Counted from the first letter of the stretch, positions 12,901-27,368 are shown. The stretch is 64,000 bases of DNA from Octopus sinensis (GCF_006345805.1 NC_043005.1:35092001-35156000), one strand, 5' to 3'. A program made the numbers and translations. Notes: a model not told the origin generated them from the letters alone.

Positions 12901-13773
12901 TTAGTTCTTTGATTATGGAACTACCAAACACATATACCTTTCATTCTGGTCTTTCCTTCCTTTCTCAGCAAACTGGTAACTACTAATATCCTTGATTAAG
13001 GTATTCTTCATTTCTATATTTTCTTACTTCTCTCTCACTCTCTCTCTCTCTCGCTCCAATGACAGAATACTTTGCTTACCTGGAATTCTTTACTCAATAA
13101 CGTGATCTACATGCTTGGCTATTCTAGAAACAGCTGTAAGAGATTTTTTACCTATTTATCATAACTACTCTGCACTATGTTTATATTCTATATTTAAATT
13201 AAATGTTCAGGAGTGATGCTAAATGTTTTGCTTATTCATTTTTTATTTTAATATAGATGCATGCACACACACACACTTTCTCTCTCTCATTCTTTCTTTC
13301 AGTGTCTGTCAACTGAATTCACTCAACAAAGCTTTAGACAGTCTGAATCAATAGAAGAAGATTCTTGCTCAAGGTGCTACACAATGGGACTGAATTTAAA
13401 AGTATGTGGTCGGGAGTGAATTTCTTAATCCCACAGCCATGACCATCCGTCATTTTTGTTTTTATTTGCTGAGTGTGGAGGAAGGGGCCGAGCTGATGAC
13501 CCTTGCACACCTTCTAAGACCAGTTAGATTGATGTTGTTAATACTCTGTTTAAACTATTGCAGGGGAATACCTGTAAGAAGATGAACTGGAAGGAGATTC
13601 CAGAGGGACGATGGTCTGGGGGAGAAGGACTGAGAATAGGGATTAGTGCAGGTAATAAGGTGGGGGAGTTGGATGTACCAAGGGAGATGAGTGTGGATGA
13701 AAAGTGCTTGAGTGATGGAAATACAATAACAGCCAGTTCTGAGCAGCACAAATATTTTAATAGTGATAGAAGG

Positions 13774-13831
<58 letters not shown>

Positions 13832-16800
13832 GAGAGAGTGGTGAGTGGCATATGTCTATTTCCCAGAGGCAGGACCATGATCCTTGTATGGGAGCAGTAC
13901 TCTATTGTGTACCTTATTTGATCCTTATAGGGTATCAGTGATTATTGGGGACTGAAACATCTGGTCCTGATGAGAATGGCTAACGTTTGGGATGTGGTTT
14001 TAGCTATGTTAAGGGTGTGTTTTCACCATGAGAGATCCTAAGAGATAACAAAGCCCAGCATTTGGAGCAGTTGTGAAGTCTCTAGTGAAGTGTCACTCTT
14101 GTTTTGGGGATGGGGTGCACTGGTGTTTTCTTGATACGAGTTGAAAAGTTCGCATGAAGCACACAATTAAAAGTGAAATTACTTCTAACATAGAATGTAA
14201 ATTTAACCATTTTGTGACATTATTCCTAACAAGAATATTCTGTTTGTCTATGTTAAACTTTAAAATAATCGAGAATTATGAGAATTTAGGGAATCAATTA
14301 AGTTATTACTAGAAGACAAATATTTACTTAATGAAATCTAGTGTCTTTGATGTAAGAATAAAATTTTAGTTTCAATGAATAATCTGAAAATTCTAACAGT
14401 CTTGAAGCATTAAAAATATGGCTTACAATTTTGCCACTCATTTGTTTCATTTTATTCTTGTAAGTTGGATGGAAACCATCAGGACATTCAGAACTTTCCT
14501 TTGAAAAACATAAAACTCTGCCGTCACTCTGCTGGAGTCCAATTTTGCAGCTATTACAACCACCAATTTTTAGTTCATAACTTGAGCCAGAACATCTTGA
14601 AAAGAAGAGAGAAAATAATTATATTTAAATATTTGATAATTACAAGAAGTATTACTAAATATTGGTTTCAAATTCTGGCAAAAGGCCAACGATTTCAGGG
14701 GAGGGGATAAGCTGATTACATAAACCTCAGTGCTCAACTGGTACTTATTTTATTGACCCTAAAAGGATGAAAGGCAAATCTGACCCTGGAGGAATTTGAA
14801 CTTAGAATGTACAGACAGATTAAAAGCTGCAAAGCAGTTTACCCGGTGAGCTAACAATTCTGCTGAGTTGACACTTGAGAAGTATTACTAAATAAATTAG
14901 ACATTTTTTCAGTGTGAGTGTTGCATAATATATCACTGATTCTGCTGACAGCTTATCATCTTTGTCATCATCACTCAACACCACTTAGCTTTCCCATGCT
15001 TGTATGCCAACAGATAGAATTTACCAAGGCAGATATTCTATGGTGGGATATCCTTCCTGTTGCTACCCCTCACTTGTTTCCAAGTAAGGTAATATTTCCC
15101 CATGACCAAACTTGGTATCATGGCAGATTAAAAATGAATAACATTGCTTGTATGATGGTGACACTGGTTTACAACTGTCATGCAATGTCAAGATGAAGAG
15201 GCTGCATACACACACACATACACATACACGCACACGAAAGGCTTCTTGCAGTTTTTGTCTACCACATCCATTCAGAGGGCTTCAGTTGGCTTAGGGTTTT
15301 ATTAGAAGACACATGCCCAAGTAGCACACAACAGGGCTGAATATAAAAACCATTTGGTTGGGAGGCAAACATATTAACCACACAACCAGGCCTGTTCCTA
15401 CACAATGTATATGTATTTTATATGAGTAGATGTAAGTGTGTGTATAATTGGTTTCAAATTTTGGAACAAGGTGAAAAGTGTCAGGGAAGTGGGTAAGCTG
15501 ATTACGTTGACCTCAGTGCTCAACTGATACTTATTTTATTGACCCTGAAAAGATGAAAGGCAAAGTCAACTTTGGCAGAAGTTGAACTCAGAACATAAAG
15601 TCAGACAAAATGCTGCAAAGTACTTTGCCCTATATTTTAATGATTCTGCCAGCTTTCCACTTTAAGTGCATGTATGATTATCTAATAATTCTTTATGAAA
15701 ATTGCTGAATGATTATATATTTTTTTTAATGAGGAAGCAGACATACCCATCATCACAGTTGATATGACACACTTGACAAATCTTTTTTTGGTTTGGAAAC
15801 ATGTTTGGTGGACAATGACTCATACAGTTAGGACCATGTTGTACTTTTAAACAGCTGTCACATTCATGTTCTCCCTGAAATTAAAAAAAAATAACTAAAG
15901 CATTAGATAATAATATTGCTGTGTTGAAGTAAGTAGATTATAATGAAAAATAGCATTAATAACAATAATATTTGAAAGTATGTGGCCTAGTGAGTTAGGT
16001 GGTTACACACATGATCAATGAGTCAGAAGTTCAATTCTTGGACTAAGTGATGCATTGTGTCCTTGAGCAAGGCATTTTGTTTCACATTGTTTCAATATAC
16101 CAAGATAACGATGAGTACCAGTGGCATCTGGGGTTTAATCCTGTGATGAACTTATGTTGCATTCGCTGGTGGGAAACATCATCAATTTTCAGCCTTGAGA
16201 GTTCAAATACACACTGGCCTCATACATCTGAAAATTTTGGGCATATAAAATTAATAAATAAATATGTTGGCTTTGGTATGGTTTCCACAGAATCACAACC
16301 ACCAGTATCTGCATCTGTTGCCAATATCAAAGATCAAAGGATGGAGGTAAACATTAGTCAATTAAAGACAAAAGAAGTGTGAAACTGAATGTCAAAAAAC
16401 AAAATCCCAGTATTTGGAGCAAGTGCAAGGACTCTAGTTGCGTTCCATTTCTGTTTATGGTGGTATGAGTAGAAAAGTTCTCATGAAGCAGCTAATGAAA
16501 AGTAAAATTATACTCATAGATTTTATCTAAGAAAGGGCAAAGAATAAAGAGATGTGTAGAATCTGTTTTGCAAACAAAAATGCTTGTATATACTCCCCCA
16601 CCCAAGAGCAGTTATTGAGAGCTGTAGCTGGTGTATGGCAGGGGGTATTCTCCTCTAACCATAGATATGAAAGCATGAGCCGGTTATAAAGTGAAAAGAG
16701 AGGCAGAGTCAGTAGATTACACAACTGCTTACTTGTTGGTACCACAGTACTCAGGTAAGAAAAACACAAAGGTCACTCTCAAAGATGTTAGTGTTGAAGT

Positions 16801-17748
16801 GAAATCCTCAGCTCATTGTGAACTTCGCAAGGGATGAGTGCAGAGGTGGTGCACATCATGTGATCACAAGGTGCCTGAATGGATTTATAGGAACTGATGG
16901 CCTGAAGACCACAAGGTTGTCTTACAGTTATACTCTATTGTGGGAGAAGAGGTCAGTCTGATTCATGTTGCAAGGCAGAAGACCCTGGTGCTACATTATC
17001 ATCATCATCATCATCATCCACATCATTGTTTAATGTTCACTTTCCATGCTAGCATGGGTTGGATGATTTGACTGAGGACTGGCGAACCGGATGGCTGCAC
17101 CAGGCTCCAATCTTGATCTGGCAGAATTTCTACAGCTGGATGCCCTTCCTAACGCCAACCACTCTGAGAGTGTAGTGGGTGCTTTTACGTGCCACCGGCA
17201 CGAGGGCCAGTCCGGCAGTACTAGCAACGGCCACACTTAAATGGTGTTTTTTTATGTGCCACCTGCACAAGAGCTAGTCCAGTGGCACTGGCAACAACCT
17301 CACTCAAATATCTTTTTCATGTGCCAGTAAGGCGACGCTGGTAACGATCACGCTTGAATAGTGCTTTTTACGTGCCACCAACACGGAAGCCAGTTAGCCG
17401 CTCTGGATAGTGCTCTTAGCACTCCACTAGCACGGATGCCAGTCATCGAATATGCTACATATATTACAATAAAAGCCACATGAAAGCCTACTGACAGAAA
17501 GGAAGTTGGGGGAAAGGGTGGTAGCAACAGACATCTACCAGCAGTTTTCTGAGGTGCAAGTTAAAGGAAGTTCAATCTTTGCAGTAATTACTGCTTCAAT
17601 AGCATCACCAGTTGTAGCACTGAGGGTAGCTGGAACAGCAACTGTGACATGTGGACATGAAATAGCCACTGTTGGAGAAAAGAGAGAAGGAGGAACCCAT
17701 ATGTCTTGACCTTGAAGGCCCTTTTGACTTTTGTTTTTAGTTTTGATT

Positions 17749-17787
<39 letters not shown>

Positions 17788-19904
17788 GAAATATGTTGCA
17801 AAAAGAAAATAGAAACTAAACGTGGAAATGTAAGGGGAAAGTAAGAAAAATCAACGAAAATACACATTGTAAATAAAAACGAAAAGGCTTTTTATGAAAG
17901 GTAACAACAGATACATACAATTAGATGAACTGAGGTAGGAATAAGAGTCATAAAAGTCATTATCATGAGATTATTAAAGAGATTCAAGCATACCGCAGTT
18001 TCGTAACATACTATTCATTGCTTTGAATGAACACCGGGTAATGAACAGTGTCAGGTCTAATAGTTCCTGAGTAAAAAGATTATTTGTAAGGGAGGTAAGT
18101 AGTTCTGGATTTTTTGCAGTTAGATTAGATATAGAATTGTAATGTGAATAGTGTAAGGGATGTATGGGGGTGGGGTTAGTGGTATTAATTGAAGGGTTAG
18201 TAGTGTTCTGTATTATGTTATGTGTTCATATTTAGTTGGGGAAGATATTTATTGATGAAAGTTGCCTCTTTATTCATTCTTTGTTGCATTGAGGTGTTCT
18301 GTGAACATTTATAGAAGGGGAAAATTTGGAAATTAGGATTAAGATTCCTAGCACACCTTTCTATGTGTTCACTAACCTGTAACTGTCTGTATTGTGGGTG
18401 GCGGATTTGTTCTTTGTGGATAGTGGTTCTTCGACAGAGTGATATTCCTGTTTGTCCAATACAGTTGTTACCACATCCTAAGCATGTCATGGCATAGAAT
18501 AGATTTTCCCAGACACAGGTGAAATTTGAGTTGATCTTAAATATTTCACCTTGTATGAAGTGGAATTCTGAACCCTCCAAAAGGTGGGGGCATGTTCCAC
18601 AGTTAGGACGACCACATTTTTTCCCTTTTGACTCTGTTGTTAGTGGATATAGTCTTGCGCTGGTTAATATTTTTTTCAGTGACTTCGGTTGCATTTTGCT
18701 TTTTATAATCTTGCATGAGCTTAAAATTTCGTTCATTGTTTTGTCTCCTGTGAGGATGGGAAGATTTTGGGTGATAATGTTGAAGGCTTCATTGTTTCTA
18801 GGGTTATGTGTGGAAATGTACGGGAGTATTTGTAAGTCTGGTTTAGTATTTCGGCTGGCTTCCCTTAATATTTGTACATCTATTTCCTTAGCTCGTTTAA
18901 TGCCATCATTTATTAATGAGATTGGGTAATGTCTTTTAATTAGTGTTGATCGAAGTTCGAGTGTTTGTTCACGAGTATATGTATCTGAAACTATGGTACA
19001 GATTCTTTTCGCTAGATTAAAAGGTATATTAATTTTTATGTGTTTGGGGTGGCAAGAGTTAAATAATAGGTATTGTTTAGAATCTGTGGGTTTATAAAAG
19101 ATGTCTGCTTCTATGTGGTTGTTAACTTTTTTAATTAGGATGTCAAGAAAAGGGAGTTGTTTACTGTTGTGTTCCATGGTGAATTGTATGTTGCTATTAA
19201 TGTTGTTAAGCATTATTTTGAAATCGAGGAGTTTGTCCATGCTGTCTTTCCAAAGTATGAAGCAATCATGCAAATACCTCTTCCAGTTATATATATATAC
19301 CCCCAACACACACATATGCATGCCCCACCACACACACTTGAACACCATATCAACAAACAGAAATATACTTACAGGTCCAGTGCAATTGTTGGCACATTGT
19401 GGGTGACATTTCTTGCAGATTTTACTGCCAGCATCATAATGTAATGGCACACTGGAACAAGAAGCAATACAAGGAGTTGCTTTATGAATATGGTAATTGG
19501 CACATTCTAAGCATCGTTCGGGACCAGCACCCCAACATCCATTCTTGCACTGAGGATCACATGTCTTGTTTTCTGAAGAATAAAATTAAAGGGTTTATTT
19601 TTTTTAAAATAGAATTTTCTCTTTAAGTTATTTACTGAAAAAATAAAACAAGACAATGAGAAAAAAACCTACAGCAACAATAATAACACCGATAACAACA
19701 ATAAGAAAGTAAACAACAACACAAATAACAACAAAAATTTAAATAACTAGGTCTTTGTCTAGCGCTATGCTGCTGGTAAAAATATTTGTTAATCAAGCAT
19801 GTACCTTCCTTTAATAGTAGGCTGTTATATAGTGAAAGTCTTGTTAGTTACTATGGTGACAACAGCCTGCCTGCCTGCATGTCTGTCTGTCTATCGCATG
19901 CATG

Positions 19905-19936
<32 letters not shown>

Positions 19937-21750
19937 CTCTCTCTTTCTCTCACTATATTTTTCTGTCAACAGTAACAACCTGTTATTATAGTGAGAGTCT
20001 TTTTTTAAAATCTGTGTTGCATTGTTTCTATATTGAACAACATACAGAAACACACACACACACACAAACAAATAACCAAAATATAACTATCTATATTATT
20101 ATATTGTGAAAGTCTTTTATCATTTTTGAAGCCTGTGTTGCATTATGTTGACAGACTTGCACATAAAATTCTTGCATTTTTTACCAAAACATGTTAGTTA
20201 CAATCAATGGTGACAACATTACCTGTCTGTATTTCACACAGTCTTTCTATCTCACTGCATTCCTCTCTTAACAACTTTTTTCTCTTCTCCTTCTTCCCTC
20301 CCTTCACATATAGCATGTGGCTGACAGATAGATGGAGATTAGCTTCTTTTTTATAATACAAGATTGCAACAATAATAAGAAGCATACTACACAGTGAGGC
20401 AGAAAAACCTCCCATATTTTATGAAGCAATCAATGTAAAATTTGGAAGGTTTTTAAGCCACACCTTGTAATCACAGTGAATCAATGAGAGAATGTATAAT
20501 AAGTTGGTTGATTTTCTCTGCAACTTTACAACACGCATTGAGCATGTCTCTAATTCATTCAACATATTACAACATTTATATACTATATATATGAGCAAAA
20601 CGCTCCCCTTGTCCAATGAACGTTGCTGAGTTGTCAAACATTTAAACCAAGTTTTCTCAAAACAACTTGTCCAACCGTCCCATAGGCTTCCCATTTGAGA
20701 AACACGGATTTAACCTAAATTTGAGACACCAGCAAAAGAAGAAATAAAGATAGAAAGTTAAGGCAAAAAAAAAAACTTCTTGAGAAACCAAATAGTCTTT
20801 CCTTCCTTCATGCCAAGTTTGAAGAAAATATCTCTTTTGCATCTTACTTTTTTGGTCTCTTAAATATACTGCATTTTGTGGCAATATTTCAAACTAGCCG
20901 GCTTTTTTTGCGCAAACTGCATGTGCATTTTTCTCACGTACATGTAGTATCGATTGCAACAGCTGATGTACTTGCATGTACAAATGCATGTTCCCACAGC
21001 TTTATTGATCGCATTCTCACCTGGAGTTGATTTTTGTAATTTTTTCAAGACTTATACATGCCCTGATACCGTTGGTATCTACATATCAAATTTGAGCGCA
21101 ATTGGATGGAGGATGCCTAGATCCTAGAAGACACACACACAGACAGACAGACAGAACGGATTTTATATAATAGACACACATGCGCACACACACACACACA
21201 CACACATATATACACATATGAGGTGGTAATGCAGATGAACACAATTAGGTTTGACTAAGCTCCATATAAATATATATGTATGTTTTTGTTGGAATATATC
21301 TGGACAGATAGACAGATGGATGGATTGATGGATGTAAAGCCTAATTGTGTTTAAGTGCAATATTACCTCCACATCAGCTTGTTATGGTTTTCTCTTATAA
21401 CTGCTCTTGATGCCATGGGCCAGTTCTGGATGAAAAATTTGGTACTGCTTTGAAGGGCTTAGTCGAATAGTTTCACTCTAGTACTTACTTTTTAAGTCTG
21501 GTACTTATTCTATTAGACTCTTTGCTTAACTGCTATGTTATAGAGGTATAAATAAACCAACACTGGTTGTCAAGTAGTAGGGGATAAATTTAAACATGTA
21601 CACACACAACAGGCTTCCATACAGTTTCTGTAAACCAAATTTACTCATAAGGTATTGGTTGGCCCAAGGCTACAGTAAAAGACACTCGCCATGCAATAGG
21701 ACTGAACCCGAAACTATGTGATTGCTTAGTGAGCTTCTTAACTATACAGC

Positions 21751-21790
<40 letters not shown>

Positions 21791-24700
21791 TATGCATGAA
21801 TAATATATATATATAAAAGTATTGTGTGCATTCTGCCAGTCTGTTTTCATTCTAGTATACATCACAACATAATACAAAAAACAAAACAAAAACAAAACAA
21901 CAAAAAAAATGAAGAAAACCCCTGCTAGATAATATTTTCAAGATAATCTAATAGAACGGGAGATAAAATAATATATTTCTAGAGCAGAATGGAGTTTCTT
22001 TGTCATTTGTATTAGCTGTGTGTTAGTAAATAGATTGAAATGCAATCTTGGCTTGACAGAGCATAAAAGTTAAATACATCAGATGAAATAGATAAGGCAG
22101 ATAACATGAAGATAAGGAATCGAATATTAAGTTTTAAGATTACAAAATCTAGAACCTTCTTTCATTGTATTTTCTCCGTGTCATACCAACTTTATATCTT
22201 GACTTCACTGTGTCAGCTGGTAATGGCTTGTGTATATTTGTCTGTGTATAGTTTTTTATAATGTTTCTGGTTTTTTTTTGTGGCTATTTATGTGAATGTT
22301 TTTGTCTGCATGTATACATAAACCATAACAAGTTACACTTTCTAACTTTTTTTTATGATTTATATACTCCTTATGAAATAGTTTCATCGACTGGAGCTCC
22401 TGGATTTTAGCTGCCTGGACACTCTGCATTATACTCTTCCTCATTGGATTACTAAATGGTCTGCTAGCTGGGTCAGCAAGAGGTGCTTTCCATGATGGCT
22501 ACATGATACTATGAATCCATATATTACACTACAAATACACATGCACACACATTTGCAGGCATGGCTGTGTGGTTAAGACGTTTACCTCCCAACCATGTGG
22601 TTACAAGTTCATTCCCACTGCACAACATCTTGTTGGGCAGTCCAATGACAGAAACAAATGAAAAGATAAAGGTAATTAATTTAGCCATTTAAATCACTAA
22701 TTTAGTGCAAAGTACATTGTCACCTTCTTTTACCTGTAAATGTAAATATTTTATTGAAAAATCAAGTTTTAATTTAATTTTATTTCCAAAGGCACAGGCT
22801 TAGCTGTGTAATTAAGAGACTCACGTTGCAACCATGTGGTTTCAGGTTCAATCTTGTTGCATGGCACCTTGGGCAAAGGCTGGCGACTTGGGCTGACCAT
22901 GACTTGTGAATGAATTAGGTTGATAGAAACTATGTTGAAGCCCATCATGTGTGTCCCCCCCCCATCCTACTGCAAAGTATTACTTTGTTTATGCTCCTAT
23001 AACGTAGCAGTTTGGCAAATGAGACTGGTGGAATAAGTATCAGACTTCAAAAAAAAAAGTTGATTTGTTTGACAAAAACTCTTCAACCACGTTGATGCCT
23101 CAGCATGGCCACAGTCCAATGACTGAAACAAGTGAAAGACAAAAGATATTCTCTTTCATCCTTCCATATATTCACTGAACACTTATACCCTCTCCCTCTT
23201 CTCCATATATCATACTTTCATCCTCTTTCCCTCTCTCTACTCTCATCTGAGCTTCTTCAAAACTATAACCCCCCACCTCCCACAATGTTTGACAAACAGT
23301 CACAGTTGTTATTAGACTATCAAATGAGAGTTACTGTAGTAGATTTTTTTAGGTTCATTTGTTTTTTTTTCTATTCAAAGTTAAAATAATGCTTATAGTT
23401 GCATAATCTACAACCCACCCCAATCCATCTCGAATTTCTTGTTACCCTCTCCCACATTATACTCCCCATACTTCACTAAGTCTGATACACTCATATATAT
23501 GTATCTATACGTATTTCTATTGTATATCAGGTCACTGTTATCAGATGAAATGATATCTGGGGCATGTGTGTTTGGTTGTGTTTGCTGAAATAACTGAATC
23601 TACTAAAATCAATTCATCAAAGCCACTCCTCTTGTTTTTGGTATTTAACTCTAGATCAGCCCAGTCCCCAAGTAACAATACAGCACAAGATCAAAGACAT
23701 TCCAACTGTGCCTATCACTCATTTTCCATTTTAGATTGCACATTTTAGATTGTCTACAATCACACCTTGCATGTCTTTTCATTATTTTCAGTACAGTAGA
23801 GGAGTGTAAAGGATTTCATTGTCATTTCATTGCTGCCTATGATATTTCTCTTTAGCAAAAGTTAAACTGTTTTATTTTCTATTTAAATGAATCTTCCACT
23901 ATAGTTACACTGAAATTACAAGTAGTTAAAGTACATGGTTCTTTACAACATTATCATAGGAATATAAAGTTATTTTACTAGTCACATTCATAACCTCTGC
24001 CTCAATATTTAATATTTTGGCAAAAAATATGAGAAAATGATTAGTCTCTTTACAAATGACCTTCCCAGAAATAGTTGCTACATATTTTAAAGCATATAAA
24101 ATTAAGTCAAGTGAATCACAAGAATTGATAGACTTCCAATGCTCTATATTTTCTTGAATTAGGTTATAAATAAGTTTAATAATTAAATCAAAAAGAGTAA
24201 TCATATGACATAGTGGTTAAGAGCGCAGGCTACTAACCCCAAGATTCCGAGTTCGATTTCAGGCAGTGACCTGAATAATGACAACAATAATGATAATAAT
24301 AATAACACTGAAAAATGCCTTAGAAATGAGAACCCAGGTTTGAAATTTTCCCAGGACACATGAAGAAGACTGGAGAATATATCAGCTGAAATGTTGTGTC
24401 AACAACAAACAAGATGAGGACAAATATCCACCAAATGTAAATAATTCATTATTGTTTTAATTGTTTTATGCCTGTTTAAGGTGGTGAGCTGGTGGAATCA
24501 TTAGCACACCAAGGAAAAATGCTGAATGGCATTTCGGTCATCCTTATGTTCTGAGTTTAAATTCTGCTGAGGTTGACTTTGTCTTTCATTCTTTCAGGGT
24601 CGATAAATGAAGTACCAGTGAAACACTGGGGTTGAAATAATTGACTAGTCACCCCCACCATCAAAATTTCAGCCCTTGGATCTTTAGTACAAAGAATTGT

Positions 24701-25860
24701 TTTATGTCTGCTTTCCATGTTAACATGGGTAGGATGGTTTAGCAGGATTCAACAGGTTGATGGAGCATGTCTTCCTTTCATATCTATCAGGTTGAGTAGA
24801 AAGTAAGCAACATTTTGAACCATGAAGAATTTGTATCAGATTTTTGCAGAGTTTTGAATTTTATCTAAACATTTTTTTGGATTTGTCTGATAATACATAC
24901 ATAAGAATTGCTGAAATGCATCAATAAATTTACTTTGCTATTTTTTCACTGTTGTCACAGTCATCTGAAATGGAACTGTCAAAGTGCGATATTCAAGCAA
25001 TTTTGATATTCAACTTCAAAAAGTATGTAAAACAGCTGAAACTGCTCATGATATCAACAAAACGTTTGATGAGAAAATGACCAGTGAGTGGTCAGCTCAA
25101 AAATGATTCAAACAACTTCGAGTGGAGACCTGAGCCTTGAAGATTGTGAGCATAGTAGATGCCCATCTGTGGTCACTTAAAGACTGTCATTGAGAGTGCA
25201 AGTGGCTGAGCACTCCACAGATGCATGTACCCTTAACGTAGTTCTCAGGGAGATTACACATGACACAGAATGTGACAAGACTGGCTCTTTTGAATTACTG
25301 AAGTAAAACATTTTTTTCTAGCTGAGGGAAACACACTGCTAGGAATTGAACTCGTGACCTTATGATTGTAAGCCAAATACCATAACCACTAAGCCACAAG
25401 CCTTCATAAAGTATGATAGAGGAATAGGAACAGGTGTCTGGCAGTAGAGCTGGAAGACATAAAAGAAGGTGGTGAAGACATGTCAGTGTGTACCCTCATG
25501 TTACTGAAATAAAAGGGAATTGTTACAGGAGGGTAAGTAAGATCGTGGGAATGTGAGAGGCAAGTGGCAGATGGATAGAGGGAAATTCATTATTACTATA
25601 TCTACACCCCACCCAAAATAATTTTAATCTAGGTGCATTGATAATGATATCTGATGGTAGTTAGGTGGTAGTATTTGTCATTGACTTGGAAGACACAGAA
25701 CAATTTCTGTCAGAACTTTTCCTAAGAATTCTACCAACACTATTTTCACTTTATCAGAAGTGTTTTCAAAGTTTCACAAACAAACAATCCCAGATTCCTA
25801 AATCATTCCTTTGTTTGGATGATTTGAAAAATAATAGAAAAAAAATTTGATAGAGACATC

Positions 25861-25894
<34 letters not shown>

Positions 25895-26616
25895 TAATAA
25901 TAATGGTTTCAGATTTTGTTACAAGGGCAGCCATTTTGGGGGAGGGGATGAGTTGATTACATCGACCCCAGTGTTTCAATTGTACTTAATTTATCGACCC
26001 TGAAAGGATGAAAGGCAAAGTCGGCCTTGGCAGAATTTGAACCCAGAATGTAGTGATGGGTGAAATACTGCTAAGCATTTTTCATCCAGCATGCTAATGA
26101 TTCTGCGAGCTTGCAATAGTAGTAGTGGTAGTAGTAGTAGTAGTAGTTGTTGTTGTTGTAGTAGTAGTAATAAGAAATTTACAATGTTTTTACAAAAAAA
26201 TAATAATACATATATACAAAAATTAATATATTAATTTTTGCATATATGTATTATTATTTTTTTGAAAAAACATTGTAAATTTCTTTTTTCCCCTCCCTAA
26301 ATTAAAAAAAAAATTTTTCTTTTTCCAAATCTTGAAAATTTGCCTTGCAATAAAAACTGGTTTGATTTATTATTTTTTCTTATTAATTTTTCATACACAC
26401 ATTTTTATTAAAATTTACTTTCAATTCAGCATTCTGCCTTGTTATAATTTTCCCTCTCCTATCATTTCTCCATGTGCGGTTAACACAACCCCACCATTTA
26501 CTGACTTATATGTATGTATGTGTATATATATATATATTATATATATATATATATATATACACATATAATATATATAATATTAATATACATATATGTATAT
26601 ATAATAGGCTTAAGCA

Positions 26617-26659
<43 letters not shown>

Positions 26660-26955
26660 TTGCATTTATGTTGTTTTTATATTTCTACATTGATATGAAC
26701 AAATCTGAACACCTAAGCATTAAAGTAGGTTAAAATACTGTTGCTTACCACAGTTGTTTCTATTTTTATTGACAATCACTTTCTGTTTAGGAAATGTAAA
26801 CATTGAAGTGAACTTTATGGTTTCAGCATAGCACAAGTTATCATTAACTTGGATCACCACATTGCCATTGCGAATATGTTTTAGTTTGGTCAACCCCAGA
26901 AATTCAAGTTGTGTCTTCATAATGAAAAGGGATTTTCCTCTGAAAACAAAACAGA

Positions 26956-27008
<53 letters not shown>

Positions 27009-27368
27009 TGATAACGATTAGAAGAGGAATAATAAAGTCAACCTCAGTGGAGTTTGAACCTCAAATGTAAAGAGCTTGAAGAAATGCTGCTAAGCATTTT
27101 ATCTGATGCCTAACGATTCTGCCAGTTTGCTGCCTTATAATGATAATAATAATAATAATAGTTAGGAGGGCTCTGAAAGGGGTCTCAGGAAGTAGCATCC
27201 CTGCCTTCCTGAACTTGTTTTTCCATCACATTTCGTAAAAATCATGGTAGAAGCCTTGGTCTCAGGACCACTCATGTCTAGAAACTGAGGTTGGGGATAA
27301 GCAAGGGCATGCTTCCTGTAGAAAATCCAGCTCCAAAAACGCCTCATGATAGCAAAGGAGAATGGGCA

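Noticed and set aside
13933-13972. ATCAG..TGATTA..GGGGACT-GAAAC-ATCTG-GTC-CTGAT, a possible hammerhead relic
   Set aside because: Core and stem II are incomplete; cannot be supported without a family consensus.
25325-25402. tRNA-like sequence on the minus strand, and other A/B-box segments
   Set aside because: SINE heads continuing into SINE bodies without a complete cloverleaf; not tRNA genes.
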